NCBI GenBank assembly: GCA_039804105.1
Contig: JBDRZU010000001.1
Span: forward strand, 864,001-928,000
DNA length: 64,000 nt
Reading direction: 5' to 3'
Source of the DNA: a candidate division WOR-3 bacterium
GTDB taxonomy: Bacteria > Hydrothermota > 32-111
This document shows positions 21,401 through 30,598 of this stretch, piece by piece. Both the position numbers and the translations under genes were made by a program. Positions within the stretch are counted from its first letter, which is position 1. Every line of letters begins with the position of its first letter. The notes under the pieces were generated by a model. It saw only the letters and a list, made by a program, of their open reading frames with translations. It ran no database searches and was not told the origin of the DNA.

Positions 21401-22273
21401 ATTGACGAAATCATCGATAGAATAATAGAACTTGAAAACAAAAATTTTGAAATACAACTATTTCTTGTTGATCTATATTTTGAAAAGGATGATTTTGAAA
21501 ACGCATCAAACTGGTTGAATTTCCTTTATCTTACATCAGAATCAGATGATTATGATCGAATAATAGAGAAAGCAAATCTTATACTCAGTAAAGATCCAAA
21601 AAATCAAAAAATGATATCTCTTCTTTCCCATCTGTATTATGACCAGAACAAATTTGACAAACTTATTGAATTAACGATGGAAATTTATGAAAAAACCACC
21701 AAAAATGAAGAAAAGATTAGATATGGAATTTTACTTGCCCAGGCATTCAGATTTTTGGGAAATCAAGAAAAAAAGAATGAAATAATCTCCTTTTTAAAAA
21801 ATTTGAACATCGATCTTTATTATGAAATAATTTTTCAAATGTACGAAGAGGAAAAAAGTAAAAAAGGATCAAAAATTGAAAAATTGTTCCAAAAGGAAAA
21901 AATTGAAGATGAGAGATTGATAATTGAATACGCTTTCAATTTATACAAACAACAAAGATATTATGAATCTATAAATCTGCTTAACAGAAAATTTACAGAC
22001 AAAAATCTGGATTATGAAAGAACTTATATACTTTCATTGAATTATGAAAAAATTGGTAACAGTACATACGCTTTAGAAATAGGATCAAAACTTAGAGATT
22101 CTTCAGAAACAAAACATTTAAACCATTTAATAAATTTGATGAAAAAACTTGGATACTACGGTGAAATAGAAGGTATGCTCAGAAACAAAAAAACAGACAT
22201 TGGATTCTCTTCAGAGTTAACCAAAACAAAATATTATAAAAACCTTTTCTCAGATTATAGGATTATAATTTAA
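18485..22273 (+). CDS. Large cytoplasmic tetratricopeptide-repeat protein
   Basis: Many TPR-like units (e.g. YIAIGDLY...AINYFQKASSIDP, FFLGKAY, FSLAQVY); no signal peptide. Confidence 0.85.
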   Translation: MLDLFSSGDPTKIIERSSKLRIEGKHDKAEQLLKKSIKNSKSDFIILLELAKTQFEMGKISESVNTLRSSYYLSPEEINKIINVGEDLHYRATSQKDQTASVLIEMYIKKRDFESFRKIFDTLSGEEIKNLISYFEKLYLNVKNTKTIDQFNKKDIEICLSMGILYLYNKNFKEAKPILEMIFRTQVKDRDYILSEYINVAKTTYGNPEPYIAIGDLYILVNDKDKAINYFQKASSIDPKLKTDISNKIEEHITDTKEISETSKYSIVDLAIEKKDYKKALDIIYEMIKDKNEATEEIVRRTYQIIQAAPEFVEAYKLLVEIFLLKKEISKIFTNLEKIYELKKEEKDFILNTINRIENENLSNEEILLLKATIFSDNNEFNESAKIIKKVYFKNNSYSFDVEKLANKILDKDPKNIDALETICQIFLDKNEVEKLKKICEYLTSINTEEHISIAKKYLQIIYDKNPSDVDIKLNFSIALIKLGKIKESEVIITETLKSNPETFYIIIPQFYNSAKNDKDVATIVLKILKSIERKNLDPFLYDFSLCEMSYLASDLEFSLGMLKEMFEKFPEKEDDLLELLGRIKDFYPENELVADFEFKLFTDKKDYRKAYESLIKLRKDKTKLGHILDNLYILNKNHPENVSIVESIMDILDEMGFYEKIIKEADNLSSKLDQQKIGKIKFFLGKAYANKGMVNDAATVLYQAIILDKTLTENTLTILKDLLKYDPFSLRVHYTLSLAYYLNKNIDSAIDELLEIVKIDPNQINIAISELEKWNENIINNPKLNFSLGTLYFETTQYEKGISKMYETFEIDSSYLDSILNLMSNYIEKESENGEILYATGVFYAKKGLYKLASDYLYNAMSIETGLKEKVISQLLFIINQQPDEVDPRFSLAQVYKDMHNYMQAITLLRQIELINPSETENVISFYKEMLVNEPNNTFLLISLADSYLKLNRTTDAVELYSKIIKINKKYIDEIIDRIIELENKNFEIQLFLVDLYFEKDDFENASNWLNFLYLTSESDDYDRIIEKANLILSKDPKNQKMISLLSHLYYDQNKFDKLIELTMEIYEKTTKNEEKIRYGILLAQAFRFLGNQEKKNEIISFLKNLNIDLYYEIIFQMYEEEKSKKGSKIEKLFQKEKIEDERLIIEYAFNLYKQQRYYESINLLNRKFTDKNLDYERTYILSLNYEKIGNSTYALEIGSKLRDSSETKHLNHLINLMKKLGYYGEIEGMLRNKKTDIGFSSELTKTKYYKNLFSDYRIII

Positions 22274-22286
22274 AAAAGGAGTATAT

Positions 22287-23321
22287 ATGGAAGATAATCT
22301 TCAGAACCAAAATCCCATAGAAGAACAAACTCCAAAAGAAGAAAAAAGGGAGATCCCTAAAGAGGAAGTAAATTATTCAAAACAAAGTGAAATTGAAAAT
22401 AAGAAATGTGATGAACAAAGATCTTTGAATCTTGAAAAAATAGAAGAAGATTTAAAGGAATTTTTAAAACAGATAAAAGATTCTAACGACTCGATAACAA
22501 ACAATTTTAAAGAAACACTGCTGAGATTCGAAGCAATCAATGAAACGATATCTGTTCTCCCGGAGATGAAAGAAATTATAAAAAACAATTCTGATAGCTC
22601 TAAAGAGCAGATCATGGTTCTGGAATCAAAACTTGAAAATATTTCCAACAACCTTGATAACATTACCAAGTTGATCTCTGAAGAAAGGGAAAACATTAAA
22701 CTTCTCATAGAAAATTTCAACGAAAAAAATCAGAATATGCTTGTTAAAATGGATTCTTTAATTTCAAATCTGGGGAAAATTTCAGAAACTATAATGAAAG
22801 TTGTTGATTATGAAGAAAATCTTTCAAAGAAAAGGGAAACCGAATTTGCAATGATGCAAGCTAAAATCTATAATGAAAGAGGTCTACTTTTGTTCTATAG
22901 AGGAATCTTCAGTACAGCATTGAATTATTTTCTCAAAGCAAACGAACTCGATCCAACATCACCAGAAATTTACAACAATATAGCTCAAACCTATCTAAAA
23001 CTGGGCAACCAGCAGAAAGCAGAAGAAAATTTTAAAAAAGCTATTGAAATTTTCCCTGACTTTGCCGAAGTTTATAACAATCTTGGTTTAATGTATCTAT
23101 CGAATAACCAGTTTGAACTCGCATCGGAAAATTTCAAAAAAGCTATCGATCTGAATCCAGATTTTTCTGAAGCATATTTGATGCTTGGGAATGCATTTCA
23201 TTCATTGAAAAAATATGACGATGCTGTAAAAAATTGGTCTAAAGCGTTAGAAATAAATCCATATCTAGAAGAAGCAAAAGAAAAACTAAAAATTATAAAA
23301 GAAGGAGAAATAAATGTCTGA
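22287..23321 (+). CDS. Coiled-coil plus C-terminal TPR protein
   Basis: N-terminal heptads followed by about four canonical TPRs (YNNLG...A...FKKAI-x-LNP). Confidence 0.88.
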   Translation: MEDNLQNQNPIEEQTPKEEKREIPKEEVNYSKQSEIENKKCDEQRSLNLEKIEEDLKEFLKQIKDSNDSITNNFKETLLRFEAINETISVLPEMKEIIKNNSDSSKEQIMVLESKLENISNNLDNITKLISEERENIKLLIENFNEKNQNMLVKMDSLISNLGKISETIMKVVDYEENLSKKRETEFAMMQAKIYNERGLLLFYRGIFSTALNYFLKANELDPTSPEIYNNIAQTYLKLGNQQKAEENFKKAIEIFPDFAEVYNNLGLMYLSNNQFELASENFKKAIDLNPDFSEAYLMLGNAFHSLKKYDDAVKNWSKALEINPYLEEAKEKLKIIKEGEINV

Positions 23322-23775
23322 AGATTTTTTAAAAAGAATATCAACAAACAAAGAGAATGAAAAAGATAATCCATTTGCGAAACTTTTTCAGGAGAAAAAG
23401 GAAAAAGTTATACCAAAAGTTGAAGAAAAAAAAGAAGAAGGAATTTCAGGAATAGAAAACCTGGGAACATCTTCGACTTCAAAAAATGAGGGTGAAATGT
23501 TTTCGAATGTAGAAAATGTTGAAAAAGAAAATACAAAATTACCATCAAAGGACATTTCCAACGAGAATATTTTTGAAAAAAAGGAAGAGAAGGTTGAAGA
23601 TGGTTCTTCCTTTTTATTCAATACTACCTCTTCAACACAGGATTTAACTTTTGATGATTTAACAGTCGAAAGCACAAATACCGATCAAAAGAAAATTGAA
23701 CATGTTGTTGAACTTTTAAAAAAAGGTATGATAGATGAATCTATTGAGTTTATAAAACAGAACTTCAAAAAGTAG
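23314..23775 (+). CDS. Hypothetical low-complexity acidic protein
   Basis: AAGGAG SD; overlaps upstream stop; E/K/S-rich with a C-terminal helix. Confidence 0.7.
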   Translation: MSEDFLKRISTNKENEKDNPFAKLFQEKKEKVIPKVEEKKEEGISGIENLGTSSTSKNEGEMFSNVENVEKENTKLPSKDISNENIFEKKEEKVEDGSSFLFNTTSSTQDLTFDDLTVESTNTDQKKIEHVVELLKKGMIDESIEFIKQNFKK

Positions 23776-23780
23776 GTAAT

Positions 23781-24317
23781 ATGTCAAAAAAATCTTTAAT
23801 TTTGAACGAAAACGATATTTCAAAAATTATAGATATGATGGCTGATCAGATACTAAAAAAGGAAAAAAATTTAGAAAATGTTGCATTCATAGGCATAATC
23901 AAAAGAGGAGATATTATAGCAAAAAGAGTGGCTGAAAAAATCTTTAAAAAAAAGAATTTTAATATACAGATAGGGAAAATCGACATAAATCTCTATCGGG
24001 ATGATCTTTCTTTAATCGATCATCAACCATTGGTAAGATCAACAGAGATTCTTTTCGATATAAATGATAAAATTATATATCTTTTCGATGATGTTTTTTT
24101 TACGGGAAGAACCATCAGGAGTGCACTTGTTGAAATTCTTGATATAGGAAGACCAAGAATGATAAAACTTTTTGTTCTTATCGATAGAAAATCGCGTGAA
24201 CTTCCAATAAGACCTGATTTCTCAGGTATAGAGATAGAGATCCCTAAAAAAGATAACATAAGTGTTTTTTTAAAAGAAATCGATGGAAAAGATTGTGTTG
24301 AAAAGGAGGAATTTTGA
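23781..24317 (+). CDS. pyrR: Bifunctional pyr regulator / uracil phosphoribosyltransferase PyrR
   Basis: GIIKRG, DINLYRDDL, DDVFFTGRTIRSAL and RELPIRPDF motifs. Confidence 0.96.
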   Translation: MSKKSLILNENDISKIIDMMADQILKKEKNLENVAFIGIIKRGDIIAKRVAEKIFKKKNFNIQIGKIDINLYRDDLSLIDHQPLVRSTEILFDINDKIIYLFDDVFFTGRTIRSALVEILDIGRPRMIKLFVLIDRKSRELPIRPDFSGIEIEIPKKDNISVFLKEIDGKDCVEKEEF

Positions 24318-25240
24318 ACTGGACAAAGAAACATCTATTATCTATCGAAGAATTATCAAAAGAAGAGATAGATTTTATAATTGAAAATGGCTTTTCCTTT
24401 AAAGATATACTTTTAAGACCAATAAAAAAGGTTCCAGCATTGAGAGGAAAAACGGTAGTGAATCTTTTTTTTGAGCCAAGTACAAGAACTTTAGTCTCAT
24501 TTTCACTTGCTGAAAAACATCTTTCAGCAGATTCTGTAAATGTATCAACAAAAACTTCATCGGTCATGAAAGGTGAATCTCTCCTTGATACTGCAAAGAA
24601 TATAGAATCGATGAAAACGGATATGGTTGTTATAAGACATAGCTCTCCAGGAGCAGCTAAATTTTTATCAGAAAGAATCAATTCAAATGTTATCAATGCT
24701 GGAGATGGAACACATGAGCATCCAACCCAGGCATTACTCGATTTTATGACGATTAAAGAAATCTACAAAGATTTTAAAAATTTAAAAGTTTTGATACTTG
24801 GAGATATTCTACATTCGAGAGTTGCGAGATCACTTCTTTGGGGCTTTTCAAAGTATGGATCAAAGGTAACACTCTGTGCTCCCCCAACACTTATGCCTTT
24901 ATATTTAAATGATTTCGATGTCACTATAGAGTATGATATCGATAGAGCTATTCAGGATAAAGATGTTATTTACATTTTGAGAATGCAACTTGAAAGACAG
25001 GAGAAAGGTCTATTTCCCTCTTTAAGAGAGTACGTTAAAGAATACTCTATGACCTATGAAAGATATTTAAAAATAAAAGACAGAAGCATAATAATGCACC
25101 CTGGACCTATCAACAGAGGCGTTGAACTTGATGGAAATGTTGCTGATAGCGAGAAATCTGTTATCCTTGATCAGGTCACAAATGGAGTTGCAATAAGGAT
25201 GGCGATACTATATCTACTCAATGGAGGAAAGAATGAATAA
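24314..25240 (+). CDS. pyrB: Aspartate carbamoyltransferase catalytic subunit (TTG start)
   Basis: FFEPSTRT, HEHPTQALLD, HSRVARS and MHPGPINRG motifs; AAGGAGG SD. Confidence 0.98.
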   Translation: MNWTKKHLLSIEELSKEEIDFIIENGFSFKDILLRPIKKVPALRGKTVVNLFFEPSTRTLVSFSLAEKHLSADSVNVSTKTSSVMKGESLLDTAKNIESMKTDMVVIRHSSPGAAKFLSERINSNVINAGDGTHEHPTQALLDFMTIKEIYKDFKNLKVLILGDILHSRVARSLLWGFSKYGSKVTLCAPPTLMPLYLNDFDVTIEYDIDRAIQDKDVIYILRMQLERQEKGLFPSLREYVKEYSMTYERYLKIKDRSIIMHPGPINRGVELDGNVADSEKSVILDQVTNGVAIRMAILYLLNGGKNE

Positions 25241-26504
25241 TCTTGTTTTAAAAAATTGTAATATAGTCAATTACGATAAAATAGAAAAAAATAAAACTGT
25301 TGTGATAAAAAATGGAATTATAACTTCTATTGAAAACGGAAGTAAACAGGAAGGTATAGATTTAAAAGGTAAATATCTTTTTCCATCTTTCGTAGATCTC
25401 CACTCACATTTAAGAGAACCAGGAGAAGAATTTAAAGAAGACATATTTACAGGTTGCGAATCAGCTTTAAGTGGTGGTTACACATCTATAGTCATTATGC
25501 CAAATACAAAACCTCCAATAGATAATCCCCAATCGGTTACCTATATTAAAAAAAGAGAACAGGAGTTTGGAAGAATAGAAATTTATCCGCTTGGGGCTCT
25601 AACAAAAAATATGGAATCAATAGAAATAACTGAAATGTATGATATGCTAAAATCTGGTGCTAAAGGTTTTTCCGATGATGGAACAGGAACCAAAAATTCA
25701 AGAGTGTTTTTTAACGCATTAAGATACATTTCAAGATTTGATACTTTTGTTTCTGTACACTGTGAAGATAAGAATCTTACAGAAGGTGGACAGATAAATG
25801 AATCCGATGTATCAATTAAAACAGGTCTTTCAGGAATCCCTTATATAGAAGAGGATATAACTGTTTATAGAAACCTAAAAATTGCAACATATTTAAAAAC
25901 TGGGCTTCATATAGCACATATATCAACAAAGGATACATTATCTTTGATCAAAGATTTTAAAAAGAAAAATAAAAAAATAACTTGTGAGGTTACTCCACAT
26001 CATTTGATTTTTGATGAAAGTGTTCATTTCATGTATGATACAAACTTCAAAGTAAAACCACCCTTAAAATCAAAAACTGATGTTGAATATTTGCTAAAAG
26101 GAATAAACGAGGAGTACATAGATGTAATAGCAACAGATCATGCTCCCCATCAGGTATATGAAAAAGAGGTTGAATTCATCTATGCACCTTTTGGAATAAT
26201 CGGATTTGAAACAGCATTTCCATCTCTATATACATATCTTGTTTTAAAAAATAAAACTGATTTAAAAACAATTGTAAAACTTTTGGCGTATAATCCAGCA
26301 AAAATTCTAAATATCGATGAAAGGTATATCAAAATAGGTAATGTAGCTAACCTTACGGTTATTGATTTGGATAAAGAGATTACAGTTGACAGAAACTTCA
26401 TTAAGTCAAAATCTATAAATACTCCATTTTTCAATAAAAAATTGTATGGTAGTATTGAGATGACTATAATGAGAGGTAGAATAGTATTCCGGAGAAAAGA
26501 GTAA
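25233..26504 (+). CDS. pyrC: Dihydroorotase (start moved to 25233)
   Basis: DLHSHLREPG, MPNT-x-P, EVTPHH and IATDHAPH motifs; GGAGG SD before ATG 25233. Confidence 0.96.
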   Translation: MNNLVLKNCNIVNYDKIEKNKTVVIKNGIITSIENGSKQEGIDLKGKYLFPSFVDLHSHLREPGEEFKEDIFTGCESALSGGYTSIVIMPNTKPPIDNPQSVTYIKKREQEFGRIEIYPLGALTKNMESIEITEMYDMLKSGAKGFSDDGTGTKNSRVFFNALRYISRFDTFVSVHCEDKNLTEGGQINESDVSIKTGLSGIPYIEEDITVYRNLKIATYLKTGLHIAHISTKDTLSLIKDFKKKNKKITCEVTPHHLIFDESVHFMYDTNFKVKPPLKSKTDVEYLLKGINEEYIDVIATDHAPHQVYEKEVEFIYAPFGIIGFETAFPSLYTYLVLKNKTDLKTIVKLLAYNPAKILNIDERYIKIGNVANLTVIDLDKEITVDRNFIKSKSINTPFFNKKLYGSIEMTIMRGRIVFRRKE

Positions 26505-29062
26505 TGGGTTTAAAAGTAGAATATAAAGATCTATTTTTAATCACTTTAAACCAATCAAAATTTGTATCAAATATTGATGAAATTTTAAGTCAGAAACAAA
26601 AATATCAAGAAAACATTCAAAGGCTTTTAATCCTCCTAAAAAATCGAAATGTTAATCTTTCACAGATACAAATTTTTATAGATAACTCATCGAATGGAAA
26701 AATTTTTTTATTTATTCCTTTTGACCAGTTTGAAATGTTACAGTCACTTTTAAAACTATACATATTAAACTCCATAGATAAAAATGAGGTTTCTTTGCAA
26801 ATAAAGAAATTTTACAAAAATGTTATCGAAATAAACCAGAATTTTTCTCTTTTGTTTGAACTTGTTGTACTAAAAATTTTTTTCAGTGTATTTTATACCC
26901 ACAAAGAAAATTTAGATCACAATGAAACTCTTTTTGAAGAAAAACTTAATGGAATAAGAGAGATTTTAAAAGATGTAAGAAATGAACTTTATTCCACAAA
27001 CATTTTCAACAGAGAGTTTCAAACAAAGATATTCGATAACTTAAAGTTCACAAAAAACTCTATAATTAACAAAGATCTTGAAATCGAAAGGGAAAGTTTT
27101 TTTAACGAGTATGGATTCTCTTTGAACACTTTTATCAACCTTCTAAAAATGTTCAATACAGCAGCAAGTCTTGAAAAAGAATTGGAAATAATTGAATACT
27201 ATGAAAACAGGACTATCTGGTCAATAGATGATATAATAAAGCCAGACAATATCATCTATTTACCTTTTTTAAGAGACGAGTTAAAAGATATAATAACAAA
27301 ATCAATAGTTAAAAAATCCAAACAAACAAAAGAATTTTTACTAAAAGAAAAGGACGATCTTGAAAAACAACTCGAACAGATAAAAAATGATATGGTTGAT
27401 GCTCTAGAAAATTTTTCTTCGAACATAAAAAAGGAAACCATTGACTCCATTAAATATCCTGTAAACCCAACTGTTACAAACAAGATTAACAGTTTTATAA
27501 TTGACTTCAACAGAAGTGTAATGGGAAATATTTTACAAGCGAATAAACTGACAGAAAGATGGAACAATTTTCAAAAAAAGATGATAAAAAATGAAAACCT
27601 CAGAAACCTAACATTTGACCAATATGTTGAGATATTAAAAAATGAAAGTACACTCGATAAAAATGATATTATTCTCTCAATTTTAATATATTTTGATTAC
27701 TCAAAAGATTTTGAAAACTTTTTTGAAAAATTTAAGCCACAGATTATAAAAGTCGTTAAAAATTCTTTTGAAGAATTAAAAAAAGAATATAATGAAAAAA
27801 AGAACAGCATTATTCAAAGAGAGATAAATTTTATTTCCGATCTATTCATTGAATCGAAATTTCAAAAAAAATTCAATTTTGAACTTTTAAAAACAAAATT
27901 TTTGCAAATCGTTGAAAATTTGATTGACAAATTTATTGTTTCAATTCTCTTCGATTCGTTTACAATTTTCAACATAGAATTTACAAACCAAGAGAATAAA
28001 CAAGAACTTCTAAACTTTAATCTTTCTGTAAACCTTTTACCTTTCAACAGGGTTATTTTCATTTCAAATACAGAAAAAAGTTTCCCTCAAAGGTTTTTAG
28101 ATATGGATGTTGAACAGTTAAAAAACATTATTAAAAAGAATTACTCAAAACTGGTAAGTGTCCTTGTTTATGATATCAGAGGATCAAGTTATATGAGTTC
28201 AAAATTGAACAATGCTGAAAAACAAAAGTTTATTATGAAGAAATTTCAACACGTAATAAATAATACCATAAAGAACAATTTTGGATTACCTTTAAAAGAA
28301 ACCGGTGATGGAGGTATTGCGATATTTTGTTCAAATTCAAAAGAAATTTATAGAACTCTTTTTAAAGAATCGGTTTCATCAAAAAATGTTCTAATAAGAC
28401 ATTCGATAGCAACGGGTTCAGATCTTATAATCAAAGAATCCTCAACTTCATCAATAGAATCATTAAAATGTTCACTCAAACTTGTAGAAAATGCTGAACA
28501 GTTCATCAAAGATAATTACATAAACTATAGAGAGTGGTTCTTCGATGTTCACGAAAAAAAGTTGATCCATGAAGGTATAGAGTATGCACTTCTTCCTCCC
28601 GAGTTTAAATCTTTGTTCAGAGTGGGCGTTGGAATAGCAAGTGGTATAGTTAACAGAGATGTTAACATTTCAATAAATGCTTTTGGAGATATCGATATAT
28701 ATGGTGTAACAATAAATGAAGCAAAAATACTTTCCGGAGGTAAAGATCCATCGTCTTCAATAATTCTGATAGATCATTTTACACTATTTTCAACAATACT
28801 CAATTCCAATTATATAGAAACAAAAATTCAGGAAAATTTTTCGCAAAATGAAAATTATTTGAAAAATCTTTTTGATTTTAGAAAAAGTTTTTTGGTTGAA
28901 AATTTTAAAATTAAATATTATGGTATATACTATCCTTTAAAGAAAAATAAAGATCAGGTTATAGAAACAAACGTTGACCTGAATGACATTTTTATTGAAG
29001 ATAATGGCAAAATATTTTACAACGATGAAGAGATAAAAATATTATATCAAATAGAAATATAA
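26504..29062 (+). CDS. Large helical protein with divergent C-terminal class III nucleotidyl cyclase domain
   Basis: VLVYDIRGSS (D557), KETGDG (K598, D602), RVGVGIASG and DIYGVTINEA motifs; TAATG overlap with the pyrC stop. Confidence 0.7.
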   Translation: MGLKVEYKDLFLITLNQSKFVSNIDEILSQKQKYQENIQRLLILLKNRNVNLSQIQIFIDNSSNGKIFLFIPFDQFEMLQSLLKLYILNSIDKNEVSLQIKKFYKNVIEINQNFSLLFELVVLKIFFSVFYTHKENLDHNETLFEEKLNGIREILKDVRNELYSTNIFNREFQTKIFDNLKFTKNSIINKDLEIERESFFNEYGFSLNTFINLLKMFNTAASLEKELEIIEYYENRTIWSIDDIIKPDNIIYLPFLRDELKDIITKSIVKKSKQTKEFLLKEKDDLEKQLEQIKNDMVDALENFSSNIKKETIDSIKYPVNPTVTNKINSFIIDFNRSVMGNILQANKLTERWNNFQKKMIKNENLRNLTFDQYVEILKNESTLDKNDIILSILIYFDYSKDFENFFEKFKPQIIKVVKNSFEELKKEYNEKKNSIIQREINFISDLFIESKFQKKFNFELLKTKFLQIVENLIDKFIVSILFDSFTIFNIEFTNQENKQELLNFNLSVNLLPFNRVIFISNTEKSFPQRFLDMDVEQLKNIIKKNYSKLVSVLVYDIRGSSYMSSKLNNAEKQKFIMKKFQHVINNTIKNNFGLPLKETGDGGIAIFCSNSKEIYRTLFKESVSSKNVLIRHSIATGSDLIIKESSTSSIESLKCSLKLVENAEQFIKDNYINYREWFFDVHEKKLIHEGIEYALLPPEFKSLFRVGVGIASGIVNRDVNISINAFGDIDIYGVTINEAKILSGGKDPSSSIILIDHFTLFSTILNSNYIETKIQENFSQNENYLKNLFDFRKSFLVENFKIKYYGIYYPLKKNKDQVIETNVDLNDIFIEDNGKIFYNDEEIKILYQIEI

Positions 29063-29278
29063 CTATTTTTCTTTCTTATCGTTTTTTCCAAATTTTTTCA
29101 TATATTTATCAACCCTTCCCGCTGTATCAACAAATTTTTGCTTTCCAGTAAAGAATGGGTGACATTTTGAACATATTTCGACCTTTATCAATTTCTTTGT
29201 TGCTCTTGTCTTTATCTGATTTCCACAAGCGCATTGTATCGTTGCATCAACATATTCTGGATGTATCCCTTTTTTCAT
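29063..29278 (-). CDS. rpmE: 50S ribosomal protein L31 (zinc-binding type)
   Basis: MKKGIHPEY...CACGN...[13 protein letters not shown]. Confidence 0.98.
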   Translation of the reverse strand: MKKGIHPEYVDATIQCACGNQIKTRATKKLIKVEICSKCHPFFTGKQKFVDTAGRVDKYMKKFGKNDKKEK

Positions 29279-29286
29279 TGTTCCTC

Positions 29287-30534
29287 CTATTCGGTCATCA
29301 CTTTCAAAAATTCCTGATTGTTTTTAGTTGCTGACATTCTGTTTATTAAAAATTCCATTGCTTCAACCTGATTCATTTCACTTAAAAGTTTCCTTAAAAC
29401 CCAAACCCTTGAAAGTTCAAATTCTGTCAGAAGAAGGTTTTCCTTTCTCGTTCCTGACTTGTTTACATCTATAGCAGGGAAAATTCTTCTATCTGCAAGT
29501 TTCCTATCAAGCACAAGTTCCATATTCCCTGTACCTTTAAACTCTTCAAAAATTACCTCATCCATTCTTGATCCTGTCTCTATTAACGCTGTTGCTATTA
29601 TAGTTAAACTTCCTCCATTTTCAATATTTCTGGCAGCACCAAAAAATCTTTTAGGTTTATGTAAAGCATTCGAATCAACTCCACCTGACAATGTTCTTCC
29701 ACTATGTGGAGTTACTACGTTGTATGCTCGTGCAAGTCTTGTTATAGAATCAAGTAGAATAACAACATCGTATTTCTGTTCAACTAACCTTTTAGCTCTT
29801 TCGATCACTATCTGTGCAACTTGAACATGTCTATCTGCTGGTTCATCGAATGTAGAAGAGATAACTTCACCCTTTACAGACCTTTCCATATCAGTAACCT
29901 CTTCAGGTCTTTCATCGATAAGTAAAACTATAAGTTTTATTTCAGGATGGTTTTCAGATATTGCGTTGGCTATTTTTTGTAAGATTATTGTCTTTCCAGC
30001 TCTTGGTGGTGATACTATCAAAGATCTTTGTCCTTTTCCAATCGGTGTCAATAAGTTGATTATTCTCAAAGAAAGATCGTTGCTCTTTGTTTCAAGATTT
30101 ATTTTTTCATCTGGATAAAGTGGTGTTAAATTATCAAATAGTATTCTTTTTCTTGATTCTTCATAGGGAACATAATTTATTGTTTCAATTTTTAAAAGAG
30201 CAAAATATTTTTCGTTATCTTTTGGAGGTCTTATCTGTCCATAGATTGTGTCCCCTGTTTCAAGTCCAAATTTTTTTATCTGGGATGGTGAAACATAAAT
30301 ATCCATCGGACCGGGAGTATATGAATACTCGGGTTGTCTTAAAAAACCAAACCCCTCAGAGGATATTTCAAGGACCCCTTCTCCATAGATGTTGCCATTG
30401 AGTTCTGATTGTTTTTCAAGTATTTTGAAAATGAGTTCCTGTTTTTTTAGAGTACTTACATTTTCAATTTCAAAACTTTTGGCAAGGTCTATCAATTCGT
30501 TAAAAGTTTTATTTTTTAAATCATCAATTTTCAT
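29287..30534 (-). CDS. rho: Transcription termination factor Rho
   Basis: [22 protein letters not shown]...[17 protein letters not shown] and [11 protein letters not shown] motifs. Confidence 0.99.
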   Translation of the reverse strand: MKIDDLKNKTFNELIDLAKSFEIENVSTLKKQELIFKILEKQSELNGNIYGEGVLEISSEGFGFLRQPEYSYTPGPMDIYVSPSQIKKFGLETGDTIYGQIRPPKDNEKYFALLKIETINYVPYEESRKRILFDNLTPLYPDEKINLETKSNDLSLRIINLLTPIGKGQRSLIVSPPRAGKTIILQKIANAISENHPEIKLIVLLIDERPEEVTDMERSVKGEVISSTFDEPADRHVQVAQIVIERAKRLVEQKYDVVILLDSITRLARAYNVVTPHSGRTLSGGVDSNALHKPKRFFGAARNIENGGSLTIIATALIETGSRMDEVIFEEFKGTGNMELVLDRKLADRRIFPAIDVNKSGTRKENLLLTEFELSRVWVLRKLLSEMNQVEAMEFLINRMSATKNNQEFLKVMTE

Positions 30535-30567
30535 AAACTCTTCTTTTTAGGGATTAAATGAACACTT

Positions 30568-30595
30568 ATTATAAATCTTTTTTTAAGAAAGTCAA
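30568..30595 (-). promoter_or_regulatory. Sigma70-type promoter for rho-rpmE
   Basis: TTGACT(30595-30590)-16 nt-TATAAT(30573-30568). Confidence 0.7.
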
Positions 30596-30598
30596 GGT

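Noticed and set aside
26504..29062. Pycsar anti-phage system
   Set aside because: No adjacent TM or TIR effector gene, housekeeping context, and adenine-type K/D specificity residues. Kept only as a divergent cyclase.
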